Shown here piece by piece: positions 17,793 through 26,793 of a stretch of 64,000 nucleotides of DNA. The stretch lies in the IMG/VR virus record IMGVR_UViG_3300031555_007195, positions 1 through 64,000 of that record; one strand, given 5' to 3'. The translations under genes and the position numbers were made by a program. Below the pieces are notes generated by a model, which saw nothing but the letters and a program-made list of their open reading frames with translations, did no database searches and was not told where the DNA came from. This DNA comes from a virus (taxonomy: Duplodnaviria; Caudoviricetes). The stretch's first letter is position 1; each line of letters opens with the position of its first letter.

Positions 17793-18011
17793 TTACACCT
17801 CCTTGTGTGGTATATTACCGTCATTTTGACTATATATCAACCCATTATCGAAAAATATACTACACGATTCTACGCCGTACTTTTGTGCAATTCTTGTATT
17901 AATTTTAGAGTAATCTTCAGCGGATATTAACCCAATTTCAAGCATTGTTTTTGCTTGTTTCATAGAGGCTTTGTAAGATGCTACATTTTTATAAAGCTCA
18001 ATACTATCCAT
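17793..18011 (-). CDS. Small SHOCT-like protein preceding the recombinase pair
   Basis: MDSIELYKNVASYKASMKQAKTMLEIGLISAEDYSKIN; RBS AAAGGAGG; typical position before paired recombinases. Confidence 0.7.
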   Translation of the reverse strand: MDSIELYKNVASYKASMKQAKTMLEIGLISAEDYSKINTRIAQKYGVESCSIFFDNGLIYSQNDGNIPHKEV

Positions 18012-18393
18012 TACAATTCCTCCTTTGATAACAGTTCTGTGAACAATATTTTCTGTTAGCACTTTTATAAGCGGTAAATTTTGTCCCACAAGTAGGACAA
18101 GTAAGTTCTTGAACAAAAGTACTACTGTAGCTGGCTTTATGTTTTTTCCACCAGGTAACTTTGCATACGTCATCACAAAAAACACGCGGTTTTGTCTTTG
18201 ATTTGGATAAAATGGGTTTCCCGCAATATTTACATCTTTTTGCTTCTTTTGTAAGTGCATCCGTATTCAATTTGTTTCTGTAACAGTATGATTTAACTGA
18301 ACTAGTTGATATTCCTAACACATTACTTATTTCAGTATAGCTACAGAGTTTTTCTCGCATTTTCTTTATTGTGTTTTTCTGCTCATTGGTCAT
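18004..18393 (-). CDS. HTH + zinc-ribbon small regulator (sigma region 4-like HTH)
   Basis: SYTEISNVLGISTSSVKSYC HTH; CKYCG, FCDDVC, CPTCG and YCSQNC motifs; start MTNEQK after GGAGG. Confidence 0.75.
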   Translation of the reverse strand: MTNEQKNTIKKMREKLCSYTEISNVLGISTSSVKSYCYRNKLNTDALTKEAKRCKYCGKPILSKSKTKPRVFCDDVCKVTWWKKHKASYSSTFVQELTCPTCGTKFTAYKSANRKYCSQNCYQRRNCNG

Positions 18394-18422
18394 AGTGATT
18401 CCTCCAATCCGAGGGGTTTCCT

Positions 18423-18461
18423 CACTGACCACTGGAAACAAAAACAGCGTTTGGGAAAAAA
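18423..18461 (-). promoter_or_regulatory. Copy 1 of a bipartite 39-bp motif, putative phage-sigma-dependent promoter
   Basis: CACTGACCACTGGAAA-N9-CGTTTGGGAAAAAA; both blocks are identical at 53968-54006. Confidence 0.7.
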
Positions 18462-18512
18462 TAGGCAAAAAAATTAAGCCTGCAAGGAAATAAATCCTCA
18501 CAGGCTCAAATA

Positions 18513-19247
18513 TCATACATTTTTATTTCTTAAGTAGTTAGCTGTTTTTCGTGCAAGCCAGTAGCTGTTTGTGTCCTCTTCGAGTTTCTTAAGCCACAAC
18601 GCACTGTCCGAGATGATTCCACGGTGGGCAAGTTCCCAAACGATGTCATTAACCGAAGTGAGTTCAGTTACGGTATCAGTTGTTGTATTGCCGGACAAGA
18701 GCTTCTTTACATCAGATCTAAAAGTATCCATGCTCTTGCCATGTTTCGGAAACCAATGCATAACATCGCCGTGGTTTGATGCGATACCTTTTTTATAACC
18801 TTCCGAATGGCAAATGATATCTTTTTCGGTCAATCCGTATTCCTTGCAAAGGTAAGCACAAAGTTCAACCGCTTCTTTATAAACTGCATTGAAATATGTG
18901 CTATCGGACAAACCATCCTCACAAATTTCAAAACCGATGTGAGTGTTGTTTGCCGAACCGCCTGCGTGCCAACCTCTGTGATTCCACGGCAAGGTTTGAT
19001 ACGTAGCAACAGACCCATCGGCAAGCTTACCGATGAATCCGTGAACACACACCTGAATACCACCGGGACGAGCTGTGTCCCAATGGTTACCATACTGATT
19101 CTTACCGATTTTTCCGTCATCGGGAAGATAACGCTTGAGCCACGGATTGTTAGCTCCTGTGGAGTGAACCATGATACCTTTTACAGTAATCTTCTTTCCT
19201 GCCTTGTAGCAATCATTGTTTGTTAAAATAAGCTTATTTAGTTTCAT
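18513..19247 (-). CDS. Endolysin, N-acetylmuramoyl-L-alanine amidase (Amidase_2-like)
   Basis: GIMVHSTG, CVHGFIG, GWHAGG, IGFEICED, HGD; adjacent to the holin. Confidence 0.9.
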   Translation of the reverse strand: MKLNKLILTNNDCYKAGKKITVKGIMVHSTGANNPWLKRYLPDDGKIGKNQYGNHWDTARPGGIQVCVHGFIGKLADGSVATYQTLPWNHRGWHAGGSANNTHIGFEICEDGLSDSTYFNAVYKEAVELCAYLCKEYGLTEKDIICHSEGYKKGIASNHGDVMHWFPKHGKSMDTFRSDVKKLLSGNTTTDTVTELTSVNDIVWELAHRGIISDSALWLKKLEEDTNSYWLARKTANYLRNKNV

Positions 19248-19638
19248 TATTTTTACCATCCTTTCTTAATCTTGCAAGGGCATTCTTTATAGGTTCAGGA
19301 AGTGGAAGTCCCATCTGCCCCCAATTTTCAAGTATAGAAAATCCCTCGTTTGCTATGTAGTATGAAACTGTAACCGTGCGGAGTGCTGCACCATCAATCG
19401 CAATTAACATATCAAGCTGTGTGGAAACTGCGACAATCAGCAGAATTCCGATTTTCTTGACTCCTCCAATATAGAACTTGTGAGAGTCAAACTCTTTCAA
19501 AACCCATGCCTTTATAAATCCGCTTATGAAATCGATGATAATAAAAGCAATCAGAATTGAGAGCATAGTGTCCATACCTCCAAAAATGTATGCAAGAGAT
19601 GTGCATACTGCTGTGTAGAAAATTTTAAGTTTTTCCAT
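19234..19638 (-). CDS. Phage holin (family 4 / toxin-secretion type)
   Basis: Three TM segments, IDFISG, YYIANEGFSILEN...GLPLPE. Confidence 0.9.
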   Translation of the reverse strand: MEKLKIFYTAVCTSLAYIFGGMDTMLSILIAFIIIDFISGFIKAWVLKEFDSHKFYIGGVKKIGILLIVAVSTQLDMLIAIDGAALRTVTVSYYIANEGFSILENWGQMGLPLPEPIKNALARLRKDGKNNETK

Positions 19639-19641
19639 AAG

Positions 19642-20496
19642 TCATTCCTCCTTAAAAATCTGCAGATAGCTTTCGCTTTTTTCTGCACCGTAATAATGTA
19701 GAACTAATATATAATAAGTAGTTCCGGCAGTGAGGTCGAAACTACGGTCATAAAAATATCCGTCATACAACTCTGTAAAATCAGAACTGTAAAAACGGAG
19801 TTCATGGTCACCCGATATTCTTTTTTCTTTAATCCGATATTTCCAGCTTGTATCAGGCGTAAATGTGTATAGCCAACTTGACTCGGATTCGGAAGTGTAG
19901 TAGTCGGAATAGACAGGGGCAATAGGTTTTAGAGTATCACCGACATTTGCGAATATCCCGGAGGCCTTAACAAGTTGACCATCAATATTTACATAAACTT
20001 CTGTAGGTTCCTGTTCAATTCCATAGTAGTTAGGAAATATGCCATAGTGGAAATTGCCTTGTGCCGGTGTTTTTACTTCAAAAGTTTCTGTAAGCATAAT
20101 TTCTTCAACGCTAAACCAGGATGACCATGTTCTTGATGAACCGGGATCGGATGAAGGTATCACAGCAAACATTGTGATATCGTAACCATTAATATCACAA
20201 TCCAATGTATATAACCCGGTGTCAGGCATGGTAAATGTTTCAATATCAACCCATGAGCCATTTGATTTGCAAACCATAAAATCCCAACTTCGGTTATATA
20301 TAGTTCCTGAACCTGTGTTTTCAACTTCGACATTGATTTTTAAATGTCTGCAAGCCGGTATCGTGTTATTAAACACCATTGGATATGTGTAACATCCATT
20401 CAGTTTCTTCTGCGAAGTTGCCCATTGATTTCCGAATCTTTTGTTTTCGTCATAACCGATATAGGGATAATTGTATGTAAAATTAACTGTAGCCAT
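19642..20496 (-). CDS. Hypothetical tail-associated protein
   Basis: Position between fibre genes and holin; aromatic, beta-rich; start MATVNF after GAGGTG. Confidence 0.6.
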   Translation of the reverse strand: MATVNFTYNYPYIGYDENKRFGNQWATSQKKLNGCYTYPMVFNNTIPACRHLKINVEVENTGSGTIYNRSWDFMVCKSNGSWVDIETFTMPDTGLYTLDCDINGYDITMFAVIPSSDPGSSRTWSSWFSVEEIMLTETFEVKTPAQGNFHYGIFPNYYGIEQEPTEVYVNIDGQLVKASGIFANVGDTLKPIAPVYSDYYTSESESSWLYTFTPDTSWKYRIKEKRISGDHELRFYSSDFTELYDGYFYDRSFDLTAGTTYYILVLHYYGAEKSESYLQIFKEE

Positions 20497-20504
20497 ATCG
20501 CACC

Positions 20505-21122
20505 TCAAAAAACTTTTATTAAGATATCACCATAACTTGTGGTAGGTGGAGTATCACCGCTTGTCCATAGCACTATATTCCTTACTTGTTTCGTTGTATA
20601 TGAAGTGTTTGAATATGCTGTGAGCTGTGCTGTCATTGTTGTGGCAGAGTTCTTTTTTACAAAGTTTGAATCAACATAGGTTTTGTTGGCTATATCATAG
20701 GAGTTTGATGGATTTTGAACTCTTGCTCGACCGCTCGAATCACGCATCATTAGTGTACTTGCGGTGTATTCATTTGTGGCATTATTCATTTTTGTTTTAT
20801 CGGTTGAGCTCATAAATCCATTAGCTGAGGCTGTTGCATTTGCATGAGACCCGTTATTGATGTGGGCGGCACATTGCTCAAGATTAACCGGAGGGTCAGA
20901 CTGCCAAGAAGACTGTCCTGTTATTATCTTTATTCTGTTTGCAATCCATCCAAGAACAGTTTGAAGTTTACCTTTGGATGAGCTTCCGGGTGATTCGGTT
21001 GCAGAGATTGACGGAGTCAAAGCTCCATCAATCTCGTCAAAGTTTTCATTCAAAACTGCAATATCAGCAGTGTCAGAATAAAGCGGTTTTTTGAGTAAAT
21101 AATTAGTTGTTTCCTTTGGCAT
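20505..21122 (-). CDS. Tail fibre / fibre-associated protein
   Basis: N-terminal TTNYLLKKP...DIAVLNENFDEID fibre attachment motif. Confidence 0.65.
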   Translation of the reverse strand: MPKETTNYLLKKPLYSDTADIAVLNENFDEIDGALTPSISATESPGSSSKGKLQTVLGWIANRIKIITGQSSWQSDPPVNLEQCAAHINNGSHANATASANGFMSSTDKTKMNNATNEYTASTLMMRDSSGRARVQNPSNSYDIANKTYVDSNFVKKNSATTMTAQLTAYSNTSYTTKQVRNIVLWTSGDTPPTTSYGDILIKVF

Positions 21123-21128
21123 AATTCA

Positions 21129-23093
21129 TCACTCCTTGAACCAAACAAGCACCTTGTCCTCTGAAACTCTCTTGAGAACAGGGTACCCGTTTTCAATTGA
21201 TTTAACTGCAATTCCGTTTGGCCCCGGTCTGCAAATATCTCCACTTTGAAGTGTTCCATCATCATACACAACAAGTTTTCCGAGCACACCAACAGGAGAC
21301 CATTCGGGTCTGTCTTTTCTGGGGATATATTCTTCCGAACTATCCCAAGCAGGATTAAGGATAGGTTGTCTTTCAATGTGTTCTTCGGAAATCAAGTTCA
21401 TCTCCTCGTCATACTCTGCAGGAACAACTACATCGTGATACTGAATTCTTCCAAAGTCGTCCGTTACATATTTACCTTTCCAGTGCATCTCACCGCTGTC
21501 ACCGATAATTGCAGGCATTGCAGAAATGATACCAAGCGGTTTATCAAACTCACTGCATTTTACGATTTTTTCACCATCAAGTTTTACGAAATATCCGACA
21601 CGGTCCTCGGCATTGAGGTTTCCGTCCGCCCATTCAAAATATTCTGCATAGTCGGCACAAGGAGATGTGTATTCAGCATCAGCGTGAACACTACCATCGG
21701 ATAAAACTTTGAATGCAAGACCGGGAGTTTTATGTCCGGTACCGTTTGCAAGTGCGAGTGAATATGGTTCTGTTGTCATTCCGTATTTCCCCCAAATGTT
21801 AGAACCTTCAGCGCCGGCGATAGTGTAGTATCCGTTTGCGTTAGTATATTTACCGCTTGCAATAGAATAATATCCTCCAGCACAAGAAGCGTTGGCATAT
21901 GAGGTAGATGTGTCAACAACAAAAATTATTCCGTCTGGAAATAATTGATATGCATAGTTACCACTGCTACCAAGATATGCTTCACTATCAAGGTATATAG
22001 TGTTTCCGCTAACGGAACTTATGTTAAGTTCGGCATATATTATAGTATTGTTTGTGTTGAAGCAACGGAGAATTATTTTATGTGACGATGTTATTCCCGA
22101 TAAAGAATATGTGGGGTCTATGGTCAAAGTTTTTGCAGTTCTGTTTATTCCTGTGCATTTAAGAGGTCTACCGTATGTTTTTGCATAATATCCCATTGCA
22201 AAAGAATATGGAGTATACGCATAAGCGTAGTTAAATGCAGCTCCGTATTCAGCCTCGCTTTTGGCATAGTTTGCAGAAAAAGCATTATGCTTTGAGGCGG
22301 TTGAATATCCAAATGCAGATGAGTAACTTCCGCTTGCAGATGCTGAATTTGCTGCAAAAGAATATCCACCTTTTGCATTACCGGAATTTACACTTATGCT
22401 ATTAGTTCCAAATGCTGCTCCGCCCAAACACAAGCCGCCGTCAGTGTTGTCTAAAAGATAATGCTCGTTCAACGGAATGCAGGTGTGAAGATATGTATAA
22501 TCCTCGACGGTGTGATTATTATCAGGCGGTTCGGATGAAATTTCAACTCCTGAAATTTTCATACATTCGCTGCTCTCATCGATTTCGGTTATTTCTCCGA
22601 TAGTTAATCCGGAATATACGGAAACATAATCATCCCAGTTGTCGTTAGCCCACATTTTGCATAAATTTATGACTATTTTATCGCCAACCTTGAACGGCAA
22701 CGAAAAATCAGTCGGCTCTTCATCATAAAAATAGTAGTAATAATACAGGATATTGTTAGATGTATCAAAGTACGGAAAATACAATTCAAAATCAAGAGTT
22801 TTGCTTTTTGAAATATTGTCCGTTATTATAGCCAGGTTGCTACCTACAATACAATTATCTGAGCCTATGATAAGATTGTTATTACCATACACAACATTAT
22901 TTTCGCCAATAATTACATTGTCCGAACCATCAACATACATTTGTTTCCCCATAATATTTTGGATAGAACCACCATTTTGGTAAAGCTCGTTAATTGCTGT
23001 TACAATTGTTTTTGCGGTAGTTCTTAATTTTGCAACATCACCGACTTCATCATAGGTTGCAAGACCTATGTCGTTAGGATGTATTTCTGCCAT
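21129..23093 (-). CDS. Tail spike/fibre with YadA-like head repeats and a C-terminal peptidase G2-type intramolecular chaperone
   Basis: Repeats VIIGENN/LIIGSDN and SxAxGxxSxA; C-terminal ADYAEYFEW...EDRVGYFV...W.GKY..DDFGR...WSPVGVLGKL. Confidence 0.75.
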   Translation of the reverse strand: MAEIHPNDIGLATYDEVGDVAKLRTTAKTIVTAINELYQNGGSIQNIMGKQMYVDGSDNVIIGENNVVYGNNNLIIGSDNCIVGSNLAIITDNISKSKTLDFELYFPYFDTSNNILYYYYYFYDEEPTDFSLPFKVGDKIVINLCKMWANDNWDDYVSVYSGLTIGEITEIDESSECMKISGVEISSEPPDNNHTVEDYTYLHTCIPLNEHYLLDNTDGGLCLGGAAFGTNSISVNSGNAKGGYSFAANSASASGSYSSAFGYSTASKHNAFSANYAKSEAEYGAAFNYAYAYTPYSFAMGYYAKTYGRPLKCTGINRTAKTLTIDPTYSLSGITSSHKIILRCFNTNNTIIYAELNISSVSGNTIYLDSEAYLGSSGNYAYQLFPDGIIFVVDTSTSYANASCAGGYYSIASGKYTNANGYYTIAGAEGSNIWGKYGMTTEPYSLALANGTGHKTPGLAFKVLSDGSVHADAEYTSPCADYAEYFEWADGNLNAEDRVGYFVKLDGEKIVKCSEFDKPLGIISAMPAIIGDSGEMHWKGKYVTDDFGRIQYHDVVVPAEYDEEMNLISEEHIERQPILNPAWDSSEEYIPRKDRPEWSPVGVLGKLVVYDDGTLQSGDICRPGPNGIAVKSIENGYPVLKRVSEDKVLVWFKE

Positions 23094-23737
23094 TATTCAT
23101 TCCTCCTTGCATAAGCATTTGTTCCGTCCCACACAACTCTGCCGTTACCATCATTACTGCTTGCATAATAAACTTGACCTTCATCGGTGATGTTCAGTAC
23201 CTTTTTGTGTTCAAACACCAATACTTCATCCCAAGTATAATTTTTTACTGTTGTCCAATTTTGGAGAGTATCTATGACATCTTCCCAAAGTCTGTAAGTG
23301 AAGATATATTCAACAGCCAAGTGTGCAGGTTTTATTTCCTCAATCATTGCTTGAATGTCGGCGATGTTATACGGAATACCTGTTCTTGATGTGAATTTAA
23401 CAGCAAAGCAATATTCAGACGGATATTCAATTATTTCTATATCTCCGTTTATAAAGGATGCAGCTACATTTTTAACCATCTTTTTTGTAACTGTACCCGT
23501 ACCACGAAGTTTTGATAAAACTCGACCTCGGCGTGTATCAAGGTCAGCTGATGGGTCCGGGGCAAGACCAACATCCTGTTCGTGTTTTTGGATGTTTTCA
23601 TCAGAAAGAACAACAAAGAACTGATTTTCTGTAAGGCTTACTTGGGCTTTCAACCTTTCCATTTCAAGTTCAATGCTGTTCAATAATTCATTCATTACTT
23701 TTGATTTTCTATAATATGATGGCATTTTCTTAAGCAA
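23093..23737 (-). CDS. XkdU/YmfQ (DUF2313)-like baseplate protein
   Basis: RRGRVLSKLRGTGT, IEEIKPAHL. Confidence 0.8.
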   Translation of the reverse strand: MLKKMPSYYRKSKVMNELLNSIELEMERLKAQVSLTENQFFVVLSDENIQKHEQDVGLAPDPSADLDTRRGRVLSKLRGTGTVTKKMVKNVAASFINGDIEIIEYPSEYCFAVKFTSRTGIPYNIADIQAMIEEIKPAHLAVEYIFTYRLWEDVIDTLQNWTTVKNYTWDEVLVFEHKKVLNITDEGQVYYASSNDGNGRVVWDGTNAYARRNE

Positions 23738-24764
23738 TGGAAATCACCCCCAAAACAGGAACTTCGGTTTCACCGATATCAATGTTGTCAATACCACCAT
23801 TTAAAGTAAGGTCACTATAGTCATTGATTTCAGCACAACTTAAGATACAGCCACCGATTTGTGCATAGGATATGTAAGTACCTGTGAATGCATTTTTTTG
23901 CAGATATCTTGTGATACTTTCCGAAATCTTTGTTCTTGCGGTTTCGATATCAACACCATTTGCAAGGACAAGAGAAACATCGATATCAAGAACAAGCGGA
24001 GTTGCACTTTCAACTGTAACCTCGGCTCCGATAGGTCTGTTTTCTTCAATGTGATTTTTAACCTCGGTGATAAGTTCCTCACTTGCTGCACCCTTATCGG
24101 AGTTTATTATGATAACCTTAACAGTACCATTGCCGTTCCATAACGGTAGACACTTCGCATCACCAACACCGCTGATTTCTTTTGCCCACATAATGTAGTG
24201 ATATTTACTGCCGGATGTTGCCGGAAGTGATACTTTTTCAAAGTAACGCTCACGGAGTTCATCGTCAGTTTCTTCATCAAAGCCATCCTCGGCAGCGGTT
24301 TCATTTATAACTGACACCAATCCTGACAAAGTTACCGGGAATCGATTTATTGCACCAATTGGAACATTACCGATTTTGCCCGGTGTATCACATTGTGCAG
24401 TAACAGTTGCTGTGCCCGTTTCTTCAAGGGTAGCATTTTGGGTCACAGTAAAAACAAGGGTATCAGATGCAACCTTATCACCGCTTGAAATCTTGCTTCC
24501 CGGTGTTCCCATGACAGTAATACTTACAATTGCATTTGTTGCAGGTTTTCTCACAATACCTTGTTCGGCAACTTTGGTATCAAGGTATGTACCTTTTGCA
24601 GTAAGAGCAAAACCATTCTTAAGAATTTCTTCAACTCTTACATAAATCTCTGCAAGTTGTTCAGAGAGAGGTCTGTCAACATCATAAAAAAATGAGCCGA
24701 CAGTCTTGTCGAACTCATCACTAATCTGTGACAGTAAGCGTGATAGAATTTGCTCCTGATTCAC
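23730..24764 (-). CDS. Baseplate J-like protein (XkdT)
   Basis: GFDEETDDELRERY, PLWNGNGTVKVII. Confidence 0.88.
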   Translation of the reverse strand: MNQEQILSRLLSQISDEFDKTVGSFFYDVDRPLSEQLAEIYVRVEEILKNGFALTAKGTYLDTKVAEQGIVRKPATNAIVSITVMGTPGSKISSGDKVASDTLVFTVTQNATLEETGTATVTAQCDTPGKIGNVPIGAINRFPVTLSGLVSVINETAAEDGFDEETDDELRERYFEKVSLPATSGSKYHYIMWAKEISGVGDAKCLPLWNGNGTVKVIIINSDKGAASEELITEVKNHIEENRPIGAEVTVESATPLVLDIDVSLVLANGVDIETARTKISESITRYLQKNAFTGTYISYAQIGGCILSCAEINDYSDLTLNGGIDNIDIGETEVPVLGVISIA

Positions 24765-25161
24765 CTAAATACACCTCCAATGTAACTGTGATTGAATTGG
24801 CATCCCTTGTAAGTTGAAAGCCACTTACATTTGAAATTTGAGGATTTTGAAGTAGAGCTTCTTCGATTTCTCTTTTCAGCTCGGCTTCAATGAATTCTAC
24901 GGTATAATTGTTGCCGATGATTAAATCCTCTAAATGACATCCATATTCGGTGTCATCATATATTGGGTATCTGCTTTTTTCTGTTCGGATTATTTTTTCA
25001 ATCCATACACGGATTGCTTCAACTCCATCACACACAACGAGCTTACCATCACGAACAACAAAGTCACCCTTTTCAAAATCGAAAAGGTATGTCTTTGTGC
25101 CGTTGGAAACAACTGTATCATTATTGGGGACAGTTGAATCTTGCGTTTCCGGGAACATCAT
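24721..25161 (-). CDS. XkdS / DUF2634-like baseplate wedge protein
   Basis: FDFEKGDF, WIEKIIRTE..RY.IY, EIEEAL; gene order. Confidence 0.8.
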   Translation of the reverse strand: MMFPETQDSTVPNNDTVVSNGTKTYLFDFEKGDFVVRDGKLVVCDGVEAIRVWIEKIIRTEKSRYPIYDDTEYGCHLEDLIIGNNYTVEFIEAELKREIEEALLQNPQISNVSGFQLTRDANSITVTLEVYLGESGANSITLTVTD

Positions 25162-25433
25162 CGCACCACTCCAATCACTATAAATTTTTGATAGTTTGAG
25201 AAAGGAAGTAAAACAACTTCTTTTCCTAAATGTATATAATCGCCTTCATAGTTTTGCTCCTTAAGATTAAAGAGACAATCCAAATGGCTGTCGTTTAATA
25301 TAACCTTTTCATTAATGCGGATTTTGGTTTGAGGTAGCTCAATTATTCTGCCGAACATAGGTGAGTACCCAGCTTCATTATTTCGTTCTTTGAACAGTTT
25401 AGCAAGTTCTGTTATACCATTCATGCTGACCAC
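25158..25433 (-). CDS. XkdR / DUF2577-like baseplate protein
   Basis: Size and position between the XkdQ- and XkdS-like genes. Confidence 0.7.
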   Translation of the reverse strand: MVSMNGITELAKLFKERNNEAGYSPMFGRIIELPQTKIRINEKVILNDSHLDCLFNLKEQNYEGDYIHLGKEVVLLPFSNYQKFIVIGVVR

Positions 25434-26377
25434 CGCCTTAAATCAAGTTTTACATAATGGATGCCTTTTTTAATACTGTGTCCGCTGCCTTCAATGAGAT
25501 AATTTTTATCCTCAATAGTGATTATCATTCCGGCTCTTGTGTAGCTGTTTATTGCTTCTATGATTTCACAAGAGAATGATTCTTTCTTTTTATTGAGTTC
25601 GACAAGCTGCGTATCTGCCACAGTATTGGCATTTTCTTTTTCAGGGTCTATTTTCACAACCTTCTGTAGTAGACCATACTTTGTAATATTTGTCTCATCC
25701 CTCTTGGTTGCAAGCAAGGAATATACATTGTCTTTTTCGGATACAACCTTTATACTGTTTTTCATTTCATCAATACTTGTAGAATGAGAAACACCGCCTC
25801 GTAGAAGCGGTGAGAAAATAAGATGTGTATTAGGTGTAATCCGAAATTCAGGGTAAGCATAAAACTCACCATATTTATAAATCCTTACACCCTTTGGGGT
25901 GACATCAAGGTTATAACCGCCACCACAAAGGTCAAGGATATCTTTGATTATATCTGAAAGCACCTTGTCAAGATAAAGCTGTGTAATTTCAGTATTCAGA
26001 TCGGGAATGCTCTCTATTGGAATGCCATAGTCCTCACATATTTTTGTGATGGCTTTTTTTGCAGTCATTTTATTGAACTGATATGTCTCGGATGACTTAT
26101 TAAGATACCATCCGAAATCGCATGAGGTATATTTGTTTACTATATCAGAACCATCGTCAACAGAAATAATAATCCCTTTATAGATTTCCCCTCCTGTTAC
26201 TATGCTTACAATGCTGCCCTCAACAGGGGCATAGAAATTTAAATATTTTGTATCGGTTTTTGCCACTTCAAAAGAAAGTGATGTAGCAAGTTCATCAAGA
26301 GTATTTTGCCATGATACATTTCCGGCATATGCTGTTATATCAATGCCGTCTGCAATTATCTGAAATTCACTCACCAA
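25421..26377 (-). CDS. XkdQ-like baseplate hub protein
   Basis: DFGWYLNKS, YGLLQKV; gene order. Confidence 0.8.
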   Translation of the reverse strand: MVSEFQIIADGIDITAYAGNVSWQNTLDELATSLSFEVAKTDTKYLNFYAPVEGSIVSIVTGGEIYKGIIISVDDGSDIVNKYTSCDFGWYLNKSSETYQFNKMTAKKAITKICEDYGIPIESIPDLNTEITQLYLDKVLSDIIKDILDLCGGGYNLDVTPKGVRIYKYGEFYAYPEFRITPNTHLIFSPLLRGGVSHSTSIDEMKNSIKVVSEKDNVYSLLATKRDETNITKYGLLQKVVKIDPEKENANTVADTQLVELNKKKESFSCEIIEAINSYTRAGMIITIEDKNYLIEGSGHSIKKGIHYVKLDLRRWSA

Positions 26378-26385
26378 ACCACCTC

Positions 26386-26781
26386 CTATAAAAGCGGAAC
26401 TTCACCAAGCGTAATACTATAATTCATATCACCGTCTTTTTTTATACTGTATGAAAAGTCATCTATGCAGCAAGCCATATTGATTGGTGTGTCGGTGATA
26501 ATCAGCCTGATGGGAAGTTTTTGTTTGACCCATGTGTCTATGGTATAGAGGTAACCGAAAGCCGTGTCACTTCTGTCACGAAGAAACGGGTAATCACGAA
26601 CCGGGAAGAAACTGCTCCACGATATACTCTTTAGAGCAGGTTTCCCGATAAGTTTTAATTGTCCTTGAGTTACAGTTTCAAAAGTTTCATTTGATTGTGG
26701 TTTTGAAACTGTAAATTCAGGAGGAAGAACAGGCAAACGGAGTACCTGTTCTCGGTTATTAACACTCAAATAAATATCCAT
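26386..26781 (-). CDS. XkdP-like tail tube initiator (no LysM domain)
   Basis: LPVLPPEF, SWSSFFP, LPIRLIIT, DMNYSITL. Confidence 0.75.
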   Translation of the reverse strand: MDIYLSVNNREQVLRLPVLPPEFTVSKPQSNETFETVTQGQLKLIGKPALKSISWSSFFPVRDYPFLRDRSDTAFGYLYTIDTWVKQKLPIRLIITDTPINMACCIDDFSYSIKKDGDMNYSITLGEVPLL

Positions 26782-26793
26782 TTGTCTGCCTCC

